This document shows positions 8,725 through 17,872 of a DNA stretch of 37,551 nt, piece after piece. Source of the DNA: Nitrososphaerota archaeon (GTDB taxonomy: Archaea > Thermoproteota > EX4484-205 > JAAOZP01); assembly GCA_011605725.1 (NCBI GenBank), contig JAAOZP010000013.1, positions 1-37,551 of the forward strand, written 5' to 3'. Each line of letters opens with the position of its first letter. The stretch's first letter is position 1. The notes beneath the pieces were generated by a model. It was given only the letters and a program-made list of their open reading frames with translations, was not told the DNA's origin and did no database searches. A program made the translations under genes and the position numbers.

Positions 8725-10050
8725 ATGAGTTCGTCAAGCAAACCACACCTGAATCTCATCGTTTGCGGTCATGTAGATCACGGCAAGAGTACTACTACTG
8801 GTCATTTGCTGTATTTGACGGGGTATGTTGATGAGAGGAAGATGAAGGAGTTGGAGGAGGAGTCGGCGAAGACTGGTCTGGGTGATACTTTCAAGTTTGC
8901 TTGGGTGCTGGATCGTTTGAAGGAGGAGCGTGAGAGGGGTGTTACTATTGACGCGATGTATGTTAAGTTTGAGACGAAGAAGTATTACTATACTATTATT
9001 GATGCTCCTGGGCATCGTGATTTCGTGAAGAATATGATTACTGGTGCTAGTCAGGCTGATAGTGCTTTGCTGATTGTTTCTGCTAAGAGGGGTGAGTTTG
9101 AGGCTGGTACGAGTCCTGAGGGTCAGACGACTGAGCATGCGTTTCTCTTGTTTACTCTTGGTGTTCGCCAGATTGTTGTTGGTGTTAATAAGATGGATGA
9201 TCCTTCGGTGAACTGGAGTCAGGAGCGTTTTCTTGAGGTGAAGAAGGGTATTGAGGATTTGCTGCGTCGTGTTGGGTTTAATCTTGAGAAGTATCCGATT
9301 CCTATTATTCCGATTAGCGGGTGGACTGGTGATAATCTTGTTAAGCCTAGTGAGAAGATGCCTTGGTATAAGGGTCCGACTTTGATTGAGGCTTTTGACC
9401 TGTTTCAGCCTCCGCCTAGGCCTATTGATAAGCCTTTGAGGATTCCGATTCAGCAGGTTTTCACTATTACTGGTGTTGGGACTGTTCCTGTTGGTAGGGT
9501 TGAGACTGGTGTTTTGAAGCCTAATTCGAGGATTGTTGTGAGGCCTGTTGATAAGGTTGGTGAGGTTAGGACTATTGAGATGCATCATACGCAGCTTGAG
9601 AAGGCTGAGCCTGGTGATAATATTGGTATGGCTGTTAAGGGTTTGTCGAAGGAGGAGTTGAAGAGGGGTAATGTGATTGGGTATCCTGATAATCCGCCTA
9701 CTGTCGCGAAGAGTTTTATCGGCAGGATTATTGTGATTAGGCATCCTACGGCGATTGCTGCTGGGTATACTCCTGTTCTGCATGTTCATACTGAGCAGGT
9801 TGCTTGCACGTTTGAGGAGTTGCAGAAGAAGATTGATCCTCGTACTGGTGCGGTTGTTCAGGAGAAGCCTGATTTCTTGAAGACTGGTGATGCTGCGATT
9901 GTGAAGTTTAGGCCTTTGAGGCCGATTGCTATTGAGGTTTACAGTGAGTTTCCGCAGCTGGGTAGGTTTGCTATTAGGGATATGGGTATGACTATTGCCG
10001 CGGGTATTGTGACTGAGATTCCTGAGAAGGTTCCTTTTGAAGCTAAGTAG
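8725..10050 (+). CDS. tuf: Translation elongation factor EF-1 alpha
   Basis: GHVDHGKST, ERERGVTI, DAPGHRDFVKNMITGASQAD, NKMD and LGRFAIRDMG motifs. Confidence 0.99.
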   Translation: MSSSSKPHLNLIVCGHVDHGKSTTTGHLLYLTGYVDERKMKELEEESAKTGLGDTFKFAWVLDRLKEERERGVTIDAMYVKFETKKYYYTIIDAPGHRDFVKNMITGASQADSALLIVSAKRGEFEAGTSPEGQTTEHAFLLFTLGVRQIVVGVNKMDDPSVNWSQERFLEVKKGIEDLLRRVGFNLEKYPIPIIPISGWTGDNLVKPSEKMPWYKGPTLIEAFDLFQPPPRPIDKPLRIPIQQVFTITGVGTVPVGRVETGVLKPNSRIVVRPVDKVGEVRTIEMHHTQLEKAEPGDNIGMAVKGLSKEELKRGNVIGYPDNPPTVAKSFIGRIIVIRHPTAIAAGYTPVLHVHTEQVACTFEELQKKIDPRTGAVVQEKPDFLKTGDAAIVKFRPLRPIAIEVYSEFPQLGRFAIRDMGMTIAAGIVTEIPEKVPFEAK

Positions 10051-10115
10051 TTTCTCTTAGGTTCTTGTTTTTTCAACCGTCTTTATGCTTATTCTTTTTT
10101 AATTTCTTTTTCTGG
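10051..10115 (+). terminator. T-rich archaeal terminator region after tuf
   Basis: Several T6-T7 tracts directly after the stop codon. Confidence 0.5.
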
Positions 10116-10392
10116 GTTTGAGTGGGCTGTGTCGGCTGTTTTTCTTGAGGCGGCTTATGTTTTTTCTGTTTCCTCCTGGCGGATGATGGCGTGCTTCTCC
10201 AGGTGTTTCAGCCGGGTTTTCTCTTCTTCGGGTCTACGTGTCTATACGCGTTTTTTTCTCAGGCTGGCGTGTAGCATCATGGTTGGGGGTTGCTTGCTCT
10301 TAATGTTGGCTGCTGTTTAGGCGTCGTAGTTTTTTGCAAAAGCTTGTAGTTATTAACCGCAAGCTTTATTAAAAAGCTTGTGAAAATAGTTT

Positions 10393-11685
10393 TTGTTGAA
10401 CGCCGAGGATTTGAAGAGGGTGGTGGCTTCGCAGAGGGAGGAGATGGAGAGCCTATTTGCTTCGGAGAAGATAATAGAGAGGGATGTTGACGCCGGGAGG
10501 CTGAGGGGTTTTCTTTCACACCCGAATGTTTTGACTGTTCTCGGCGTGAGGCGGTGCGGCAAGTCGCTTCTCTCATGGATGCTTCTCAAGGGTGTGAAGT
10601 TTGGGTATGTCAACTTTTTCGATGAAAGGCTCGTCGGCTTTGAGGCGAAGGATTTTGGAAGGCTGCTCGATGCTTTCTACCAGCTTTACGGCTCGGATTT
10701 AAAGTTCATGGTTTTAGACGAGGTTCAGCATGTCGGCGGCTGGGAGAGGTTCGTGAGCAGGATGAGGACTTCTAAAAGGATCATTGTGACTGGGAGCAGT
10801 TCTCAACTGCTTTCAAGCGAGCTTGCTACGCTCCTCACCGGGAGGCATGTTGACTTCGTGCTTTTCCCGTTTAACTTCAGGGAGTTTCTTAGGATACGCG
10901 GCGTGGAGCTGGATGAGAACTGGCAGTATCAGACGAGTAGGGTTTCCACGGTTAAGAGTATGCTTGAAGAGTATCTTAGAACAGGAGGGTTTCCGGAGGC
11001 CAGCAGGTTCGGCAGGAGGATCCTGGTATCCATTTATTCCGACGTGCTTGAAAAGGATGTTGTAAGGAGGCGTCGCGTGAAGAAGACGGTGGCCCTTAAA
11101 GAGTTTGCGAGATACATGGTTTCAAACGTTTCCTCCGAGTTCAGCTTTAACAGGCTTAGGAGGATGCTGGGCGTGAGGGATGTTCACACGGTTAGGAACT
11201 ACGCTGAATGGGTGGGTGAAGCCTATCTCTTGTTTTTCCTAGAAAGGTTTTCGCCGAAGCTTAGGCTTCAATACATTTCCCCTAAGAAAGCCTACTGTGT
11301 TGACAACGGGATCGTGTCTTCAATCGGGTTCAGGGTTTCTGAAAGCCTTGGTAGACTTATGGAGAACCTGGTGGCTGTTGAGCTGCTGAGGCGGAGAAGC
11401 TACTCTTTCAGCGACTTCGAAGTCTTCTATTGGAGGGACTACCAGCAGAACGAGGTTGATTTCGTCGTGAAAAACGGCTTAAGCATTAAGCAGCTTATAC
11501 AGGTGACCTATGCCAGCGACAGGGATGAGGTTAACCAGCGGGAGGTTAAGGCGCTGCTCAAGGCTTCGAAAGAGCTGCGTTGCAAAAACCTGTTGGTGAT
11601 CACGTGGGATTACGAGGATGAAGCTGTTTCGAACAGTGAGAAGGTGCGTTACGTCCCTCTTTGGAAATGGTTGTTGAATCCTTAG
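10393..11685 (+). CDS. AAA+ ATPase, COG1373 family (AAA_14 plus DUF4143)
   Basis: GVRRCGKS, LDEVQ, TGSSS, LTGR, GGFPE, EN.VA.EL and EVDFVV motifs. Confidence 0.93.
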   Translation: MLNAEDLKRVVASQREEMESLFASEKIIERDVDAGRLRGFLSHPNVLTVLGVRRCGKSLLSWMLLKGVKFGYVNFFDERLVGFEAKDFGRLLDAFYQLYGSDLKFMVLDEVQHVGGWERFVSRMRTSKRIIVTGSSSQLLSSELATLLTGRHVDFVLFPFNFREFLRIRGVELDENWQYQTSRVSTVKSMLEEYLRTGGFPEASRFGRRILVSIYSDVLEKDVVRRRRVKKTVALKEFARYMVSNVSSEFSFNRLRRMLGVRDVHTVRNYAEWVGEAYLLFFLERFSPKLRLQYISPKKAYCVDNGIVSSIGFRVSESLGRLMENLVAVELLRRRSYSFSDFEVFYWRDYQQNEVDFVVKNGLSIKQLIQVTYASDRDEVNQREVKALLKASKELRCKNLLVITWDYEDEAVSNSEKVRYVPLWKWLLNP

Positions 11686-11689
11686 TGTT

Positions 11690-12421
11690 TCAGGCGTGTT
11701 TGAAGCGTCTTGCTGCGCCCCTCGTTGGCTGGCTGAGCATATAGTCTACCGCTGCCTTCGCATGTATCTCCGTCGTGTTGAAAAACGGGATTGCTGCATC
11801 CTCCTGTTTCAGGAGGAGAGGCAGCTCGGTGCATCCTAGGATTACTCCTTGAGCGCCTCTTGCGGCAAGCTTTTTCACGATTCCCGCGAGCTTCCTCCTG
11901 GATGACTGTTTAAATATTCCCCTGCATAGTTCCCTGTAGATGATTCTATGGGTTTCAACACGGTCTTTCCCCCCGGGTATGAGGGTTTCTATCCCGTGTT
12001 TCTCTTTCAGTCTTCTCCTGTAGAACTCGTCCTCCATCGTGAACCTTGTTCCCAGCAGAGCCACTTTCCTAAGGCCTCTCCTCTTTATTTCGGCTGCTGT
12101 CGCGTCAACCATGTGGATAATGGGGGTTTTCAGGCTTTTCTGAACGTCTTCAGCAGCCTTGTGCATCGTGTTTGAACATATGACTATTCCCTGGGCGCCC
12201 GCGTCCTCCAGCTTCCGCGCGATGCTTGCCATGAGTTTCGCGAGTCTTCTCCATTCCCCCTTGCGCTGAAGCCTCTCAACCTTTTCGAAGTCGACTGAGT
12301 ACAGTATGCATTGCGCAGAGTGTAGTCCTCCGAGTCTCTCCCTTACGCGTTGGTTTATGATCCTGTAGTATTCCTGCGTGGATTCCCAGCTCATCCCGCC
12401 GATAAGCCCTATTGTTCTCAC
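11690..12421 (-). CDS. Aspartate/glutamate racemase family protein (YgeA/RacX-like)
   Basis: IGLIGGMSWEST, ICSNTMH and ILGCTELP (two catalytic Cys). Confidence 0.93.
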   Translation of the reverse strand: MRTIGLIGGMSWESTQEYYRIINQRVRERLGGLHSAQCILYSVDFEKVERLQRKGEWRRLAKLMASIARKLEDAGAQGIVICSNTMHKAAEDVQKSLKTPIIHMVDATAAEIKRRGLRKVALLGTRFTMEDEFYRRRLKEKHGIETLIPGGKDRVETHRIIYRELCRGIFKQSSRRKLAGIVKKLAARGAQGVILGCTELPLLLKQEDAAIPFFNTTEIHAKAAVDYMLSQPTRGAARRFKHA

Positions 12422-12616
12422 GCGTCAAGACCCTGTTTCCAGGCTTAAATTCTTTCACAGTGCGGCTTCAAATTCCCGTGTTTCCCCGTATTCTTAATAG
12501 CGGCTTAAGCTTGTCTGAGTTTAGCCTGTGTGCTGACGGATTGTTCAAGCCGGTTCATCGGGATGCTGCTCGGAGTATTGCTTATTAACCCTGCGTGCGC
12601 TTTAGGCGTCGCAGTT

Positions 12617-13348
12617 ATGATTGGGCCTGTTCACGCTTTAGCCGGGTACTTCGTCGCATACGTTGCCGTAGAAGGGTTGAGGATTAAAGAGTCTCGCGAC
12701 GGTGTGCTTGCAGCCATTCTTGGAGCTGCGCCTGACGTTGACTACTTGTCCCCGTTTCCATTCGGCACTCCGTTCGGGCACCATGGGGTTACTCACTCAC
12801 CCTTATTGTTGACGCTTGTCTCAACGCCTTTCCTAGTTAAGTACAGGTGGAAGGCGGTTCCGTATTTCTTAGCACTAGTGTCGCATATCGTGGCTGATCT
12901 TGTGGATAATACTGTTCCCCTGTTGGCTCCTGTCTCATGGGAGGAATTCGGGTTACGCTTCTCACTCTCCTCCTCGTCTCTGCCTCTAGCTCATTTCCTT
13001 CAGCTTCTCGTCACGATGGTTTCAGCATGCGCTGTTGTTAAGGGGTGGAGGAGTTTCCCAGTATCCCTGCCGGAGAAGTATGACAGGCTTGCAACACCCG
13101 TCTTGATATTGTCTATGCTAGCCGTCCCGTTTCTACCATGGTTTATCACCGGCGACCTTCAGGTTTTTCTCAACCTGTCTAAAGAACCGTTTTTCATAAT
13201 ATCCGTTATACTGTTTCTGTCTTCCTCAATACTCATCCTCCTGATCCTGATGCTGAACGTTAAATTCTTAGCTTCGAGGATTTTAAGCGGCTTCCCCCAG
13301 GGCATGGCGCGCGGTGGTCGGGATGGTTGTGAGCAAGCCGGCTTTTGA
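12617..13348 (+). CDS. Membrane-bound metal-dependent hydrolase (YdjM-like)
   Basis: H..A, PDVD, HHGVTHS and SHIVAD motifs with several hydrophobic helices. ATG 12617 is preferred over 12530. Confidence 0.8.
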   Translation: MIGPVHALAGYFVAYVAVEGLRIKESRDGVLAAILGAAPDVDYLSPFPFGTPFGHHGVTHSPLLLTLVSTPFLVKYRWKAVPYFLALVSHIVADLVDNTVPLLAPVSWEEFGLRFSLSSSSLPLAHFLQLLVTMVSACAVVKGWRSFPVSLPEKYDRLATPVLILSMLAVPFLPWFITGDLQVFLNLSKEPFFIISVILFLSSSILILLILMLNVKFLASRILSGFPQGMARGGRDGCEQAGF

Positions 13349-13532
13349 AGCGGCATGCATGGTTGAAATAGACTATGCGTGTTAAAAGTGTTCGGAGTAG
13401 TTTAAGCCGGAAAACCATGGGCTGTGGAGGCATCGCTATCCGTAGGGCGTTTCGGATGGCTGGTTTTTCCAGGTTTCTTAGGTTTTTGGTAGGAATATAT
13501 TTAAATAGGATTGATTGAGAGTAGGAATATGA

Positions 13533-13763
13533 GTGGTAATGACGGAGGTTGTTGTGACGCGCCGCGGCCAGACTACTATTCCCGCCGAGATTAGACGGAA
13601 GTATGGTATTGTTGAGGGAACCAGGCTTGAAATCTTTGATAAGGATGGGGTCATTATGATAAGGAAGAAGCGTTCAACAGTAGACTTGATCGGGACTGGG
13701 AGTGTGGATGTTAAAAAGGCGTGTGAGCTACTTTCTAGGATAAGGGAAGAGGATGACCGTTAG
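13533..13763 (+). CDS. vapB: AbrB/MazE/SpoVT-family antitoxin
   Basis: VVVTRRGQTTIPAEIRRKYGIVEG; overlaps the downstream PIN gene; TATA TTTAAATA near 13500. Confidence 0.9.
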   Translation: MVMTEVVVTRRGQTTIPAEIRRKYGIVEGTRLEIFDKDGVIMIRKKRSTVDLIGTGSVDVKKACELLSRIREEDDR

Positions 13764-14148
13764 AAGAAGGGCGGTTTACGATACAAGGTTTTTCGCAACA
13801 CTGTACTATTCTAAAGACCCGGATGAGAAGGAAAGGCTGAGAAGGGAGCTTTCCGGCAGGCATGGGAAGTATGTTTCGGCAGTCAGCATCTACGAGGTGT
13901 ACAAGCTTTCTGTTCAGACTGACGGCAGGGAGGCTGCGGAGCTGAGGGTGAGTCTTCTCGAGAAGGATTTTAGGGTTGTGAATGTTGACGGCGGGATTGC
14001 AAGGAGGGCGGCGGAAATCTGGTGTAAGTACCGTGTCCCGATGGCTGACGCAATAATAGTGGCTACGGCTGAGGTTTTGAAGGCGGAGTGCGTTACTAAT
14101 GATCCGCATCTTGCCTCCATCCGGGAGGCCAGGTCGCGGTGGATCTAG
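13753..14148 (+). CDS. vapC: PIN-domain toxin
   Basis: VYDT, SIYEV, MADAIIVATA and VTNDPHL acidic PIN motifs. Confidence 0.9.
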   Translation: MTVRRRAVYDTRFFATLYYSKDPDEKERLRRELSGRHGKYVSAVSIYEVYKLSVQTDGREAAELRVSLLEKDFRVVNVDGGIARRAAEIWCKYRVPMADAIIVATAEVLKAECVTNDPHLASIREARSRWI

Positions 14149-14229
14149 CTAGGTAGCGCGCGGCTTAGGGCTGTTGGAGTGCAGAGAAAGTTTTATTCGC
14201 AGGCAGCCTGTCTCCGGAAGCGTGGGAGC

Positions 14230-15609
14230 ATGCTGAGTAATCGCGAGATTGAGGAGGTTCACGGGGCTGCCCTGCAGGTTTTGCAGGAGGTCGGGGTTAT
14301 GTTTGAAAACGGTGAGGCGCTTCAGGTTTTGAAGGCTAATGGGGTGGAGGTCAGGGGGAGTGTTGCGCATATTCCTGAGGAGCTGGTTAAAGAGTGTTTG
14401 AAGAAGGCTCCTTCCTTAATCAGCCTTTATGATCTGGATGGGAGGTTGAGCTGTAGACTTGGGGGTGACAGGGTTTTCTTCAACCCTGGCTCGACAGCAA
14501 GCTGGTATATTGATGAGAATAGTGTGAGGAGGAGGCCTTTCTACAGGGATATGGTTGTGTTTTCTCAAATTGTTGAGAAACTGCCTTTTCTCCATATGCA
14601 GAGCACAGCCCTTGTTGTTCAGGATGTTGAGGAGGATTTGCGCGCAGTCTCCAGGCTTAAGGCTGTTCTGGAGCACGCTAGGAAGCCTGTTGTCACAGGA
14701 ATTTTTAAGGAGGATGATTTGGAGAAGATGTTCAGCCTTCTCTCCAGGTTTACGGAGCCAGGTAAGCCGGTTGCCATATTCGACGCCTGCCCGAACAGTC
14801 CTCTACGGTGGAGCAGCCATTTGAGCAGGAGCATTATTGAATGCGCCAGGAGAAATATTCCTTCGACGATCATCTCTATGCCGATGCCCTTCACATGTTC
14901 TCCCCCTACTTTAGCCGGAAGCCTCGTCCAGCATCATGCGGAGAACCTGAGCGGGATTGTTCTCGCCGAGTGCGCCGCGCCCGGGGCCAGTGTAATCTAC
15001 GGGGGCTCACCCTCGCTGCTTGGCAAGACTCCTTTAATGAGCCACCCCGGGGTTTTGAAGCTTATTCTCGCCTACAACCAGGTTGGGAAAAGCTTCGGGA
15101 TTCCGACTCAAGCCTACCTCGGCGTTTCAGACTCTCTGATGGTTGACGAGAGGGCTTTCGTAGAGTCAGCCTACTGTTTAACAATGGGGAGGAAGGCTGG
15201 GGTGAACGTTGTCTCAGGGCCGGGTATGCTTGAAGGGGAGAAGACCCAGAGCATTCTGAAACTAGTGTTGGACAGCCTTGTCTGCGAGAACTCTTTCACC
15301 CGCGGGCTGCCCCTGGTGAACAGTGTTCTCGAAACAGTTGAGTCGATGGATGTTTACTCCTACTGTTCCACTCTGGAGAAGGAGGTTGAGGTGGATGAGG
15401 AGACTCTTTGCCTCAGGCTGATCAGGGAGGTCGGCCCCGGCGGGAGCTTTTTGAAGCCGAAATACATGAGGGAGTATCAAAGTGTTTTCAGCAGGGAGTT
15501 CTCAATGCCCTCCGTGGGAGATTTCCAAAAGGAGCCTTTGAGAAGACTGTTTGAGGAGGCGAAGAGGGAGGCAGCTTCTCTTCTCGCCGGGCTCTTGAAG
15601 AGCCTTTGA
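14230..15609 (+). CDS. Trimethylamine:corrinoid methyltransferase (MttB/MtgB) family protein, pyrrolysine-free
   Basis: LS..EIEEVH.AALQVLQEVGV, SPLRW, PPTLAGSLVQHHAENLSG, GPGMLE and DEETL..IREVGPGGSFL. No in-frame TAG. BRE/TATA GAAAGTTTTATT near 14186 supports ATG 14230. Confidence 0.88.
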   Translation: MLSNREIEEVHGAALQVLQEVGVMFENGEALQVLKANGVEVRGSVAHIPEELVKECLKKAPSLISLYDLDGRLSCRLGGDRVFFNPGSTASWYIDENSVRRRPFYRDMVVFSQIVEKLPFLHMQSTALVVQDVEEDLRAVSRLKAVLEHARKPVVTGIFKEDDLEKMFSLLSRFTEPGKPVAIFDACPNSPLRWSSHLSRSIIECARRNIPSTIISMPMPFTCSPPTLAGSLVQHHAENLSGIVLAECAAPGASVIYGGSPSLLGKTPLMSHPGVLKLILAYNQVGKSFGIPTQAYLGVSDSLMVDERAFVESAYCLTMGRKAGVNVVSGPGMLEGEKTQSILKLVLDSLVCENSFTRGLPLVNSVLETVESMDVYSYCSTLEKEVEVDEETLCLRLIREVGPGGSFLKPKYMREYQSVFSREFSMPSVGDFQKEPLRRLFEEAKREAASLLAGLLKSL

Positions 15610-15697
15610 CTTAAACACGGCTGCGCTAAACCCTCGAGGAGTCAAAGGGTTTTGAAAATACGGGATAGCTTTAAATACGTGCTTCAAGCTTTAAAAC

Positions 15698-16183
15698 ATG
15701 GAGGCGGGATTATTGTCCGGATACCGTTACAATAGGCCGGTTCTCCTGGAGATGGCTGTCGCGGCTGAGGAATCCGCCAGAGCCTTCTACTCTGCTTTAA
15801 GCAGGAGGTTCCCCGGGCACGCGGCTTTCTTCAACCAGCTTGCTGGAGACGAGGAGCAGCATGCTAAAACGTATAGGAGGCTCTTGTCAGGCGGGGAGAC
15901 CTATGCTTCCGAGGAGGAGCGTAAGCTGGCTGACCGCTACATTCAGGCTTTAGAAACCTCCGGATTAGTAAGCAGCCTTAGGAGAGGCGCTGAGAAGGCG
16001 GGGGAAGTCGGGGATTTAAAGTCCGCTATGCAGGCTGCTGTCCAGATGGAGAAGGACACTGTGCTCCTATACCATTCGATAGCGATGGCCGCCGGGAGTG
16101 AGGACAGGCGGGAAATATACAGTATAATAGACGTGGAGCTAAGCCACCTGGCTAAGATTGAAAGTCTTCTTAAGACGGTGTGA
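15698..16183 (+). CDS. Ferritin-like/rubrerythrin family protein
   Basis: Two E...ExxH repeats (AEESARAFY..DEEQH; MEKDTVLLY..VELSH). Confidence 0.85.
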   Translation: MEAGLLSGYRYNRPVLLEMAVAAEESARAFYSALSRRFPGHAAFFNQLAGDEEQHAKTYRRLLSGGETYASEEERKLADRYIQALETSGLVSSLRRGAEKAGEVGDLKSAMQAAVQMEKDTVLLYHSIAMAAGSEDRREIYSIIDVELSHLAKIESLLKTV

Positions 16184-16195
16184 AGCAGAAGCCTA

Positions 16196-16318
16196 GGTTT
16201 ATAAACGCGCCCTTTTTCAAGTCTCCTAGCGTCTTGGGCAATAATGGATGCTTCCATCCAAACATGCTTCCCTAACTATTGTTTCTCCGCAGACTATGCA
16301 TGGTTTGCTAACGCGCGC
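16196..16318 (+). repeat. Dispersed about 110-120 bp intergenic repeat, copy A
   Basis: Aligns by eye with 17873-17981: TTATAAA..TTCAAG.CTCC..GGATGCTTCC..AACTATTGTT.CTCCGCA..GCAT.GGTTTGC.AACG. Confidence 0.7.
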
Positions 16319-16468
16319 GGGGGAAGCGAGGAGTCTTACGGCCACTTCTCAAGGGGTCGTGCAGCAGGGTTTTTCACGCGATTATTAGACAGGGATGTGA
16401 AGACTGTTGAAACAATGTGCATCGCTAAGGGAGACTCCTGGTGCGAGTTCACGATAGGAGAGTTGTGA
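16319..16468 (+). pseudogene. Second C-terminal V4R-domain fragment
   Basis: SYGHFSRGRAAGFF...VETMCIAKGDSWCEFTI; homology begins directly after CTAACGCGCGCG. Confidence 0.7.
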
Positions 16469-16531
16469 GAAAAGGATTAGGCAGAGTATAGAAAGATTTT
16501 AAAATAATCTTTAATTAGTCATAAGGCAGGG

Positions 16532-17767
16532 ATGAGACTCTCATCCGTTGGGGAGAGCATTCTGAGAGCGATCAAGGAGTTTGAGATTATTGATGCTCAC
16601 GAACACCTCCCGCCTGAGAGCATCCGCCTAGAGCATAAGGCGGATGTCTTCACGCTGTTCAGCCACTACACTAGGGTTGACCTATGGGCCGCCGGCATGC
16701 CTAGGGACTACTGGGATATGATTCACAACCCCTCCATCCCGCTGGAGAAACGCTGGGAGATTTTTGAACCTTACCTGAAAATGATAAGGTATGGCTCCTA
16801 CGCTCGCCCAGCCTTCATAGCTGCTAGAGAGATCTATGGCTTCAACGATGTTAACGAGGAGAATTACAAGATGATTTCTGAAAGGATTGCGGCGGAAAAC
16901 AAGCCCGGCATCTACCATAGGATTCTGCGCGGTAAATGCAGGATCAGGGTTGTTCTCACGCAGCAGAACCGGACTGACTACGACCTGGATCTTCTAATAC
17001 CGTTGATGCCTATAGACGTCTATGCTTCAGTCAGGTCTAGGAAGACAGTGGAGGAGCATGCTGCTAGGCTGGGCTGGAGCGTCAGAAGCCTAGACGATTA
17101 CCTGGGGATGGTTAGGGAGGGCTTGGAGAAGTGGAGGAGAGAGGGCGTAATTGGGCTTAAAATGTCGTCGCACAGGTTTTTGAAGCCCAGTAGGAGCAGC
17201 GCCGTAGCCCTTTTCGACAAGCTGATGAGCAACAGCGGGAAACAGCTTCCATTCATGAATCCGCTCTACTGCTTCCTAGTGGAGGAGATGATAGACATGG
17301 CTGCGGAACTAAACATGGTTGTCGCCGTCCACACCGGCATGTGGGGTGATTTCAGGGAGCTTGACCCGCAGCACATGATCCCCGTCTTCGAGAGGCACCC
17401 GGCTACGAGGTTCGACATGTATCACCTGGGCGTCCCCTACGTTAGAGAAGCAATCATCATCGGGAAGAATTTCCCCAATGTCTGGCTCAACATGTGCTGG
17501 TGCCACATCATCTCCCAACGGCTCGCATGCACAGCCCTCGACGAGATGATCGACCTCGTGCCGGTGAACAAGATCATTGCTTTCGGCGGCGACTATGAAA
17601 TACCGGTGGAGAAGGTTTACGGGCACCTCGTCATGGCGCGTGAAGACGTTGCAATGGTTCTGGGGAGGCGTGTCGAAGAAGGCTTTATGGCTGAGAACGA
17701 GGCTGTTGAACTCGCTAGAGCCTGGTTCTACGAGAACCCTAGAAGCCTTTACCAGCTTAAGGTTTAA
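16532..17767 (+). CDS. Amidohydrolase family protein (glucuronate-isomerase-like/Amidohydro_2 TIM barrel)
   Basis: IIDAHEH, AVHTG, MYHLG and FGGD motifs. Confidence 0.85.
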   Translation: MRLSSVGESILRAIKEFEIIDAHEHLPPESIRLEHKADVFTLFSHYTRVDLWAAGMPRDYWDMIHNPSIPLEKRWEIFEPYLKMIRYGSYARPAFIAAREIYGFNDVNEENYKMISERIAAENKPGIYHRILRGKCRIRVVLTQQNRTDYDLDLLIPLMPIDVYASVRSRKTVEEHAARLGWSVRSLDDYLGMVREGLEKWRREGVIGLKMSSHRFLKPSRSSAVALFDKLMSNSGKQLPFMNPLYCFLVEEMIDMAAELNMVVAVHTGMWGDFRELDPQHMIPVFERHPATRFDMYHLGVPYVREAIIIGKNFPNVWLNMCWCHIISQRLACTALDEMIDLVPVNKIIAFGGDYEIPVEKVYGHLVMAREDVAMVLGRRVEEGFMAENEAVELARAWFYENPRSLYQLKV

Positions 17768-17872
17768 AGGTGCAACAGCTACCCGGAAAACCATATCCTA
17801 AGGAGTCTCAGGCCGGTGTCAAGGCTGTTCAACCGCAGTGAAACAGGTTTTATTCGCGAAAATAAAGCCCCA

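Noticed and set aside
8734-9789. 351-aa antisense ORF inside tuf
   Set aside because: Low-complexity N/T/L/P/I sequence; a by-product of the extreme T/G third-position bias of tuf.
10129-10320. Small ORF after tuf as rps10 or a membrane peptide
   Set aside because: No S10 similarity; the apparent hydrophobicity follows from the G/T skew.
14230-15609. Pyrrolysine/amber readthrough in the mttB-family gene
   Set aside because: The ORF is continuous and ends in TGA; no in-frame TAG.
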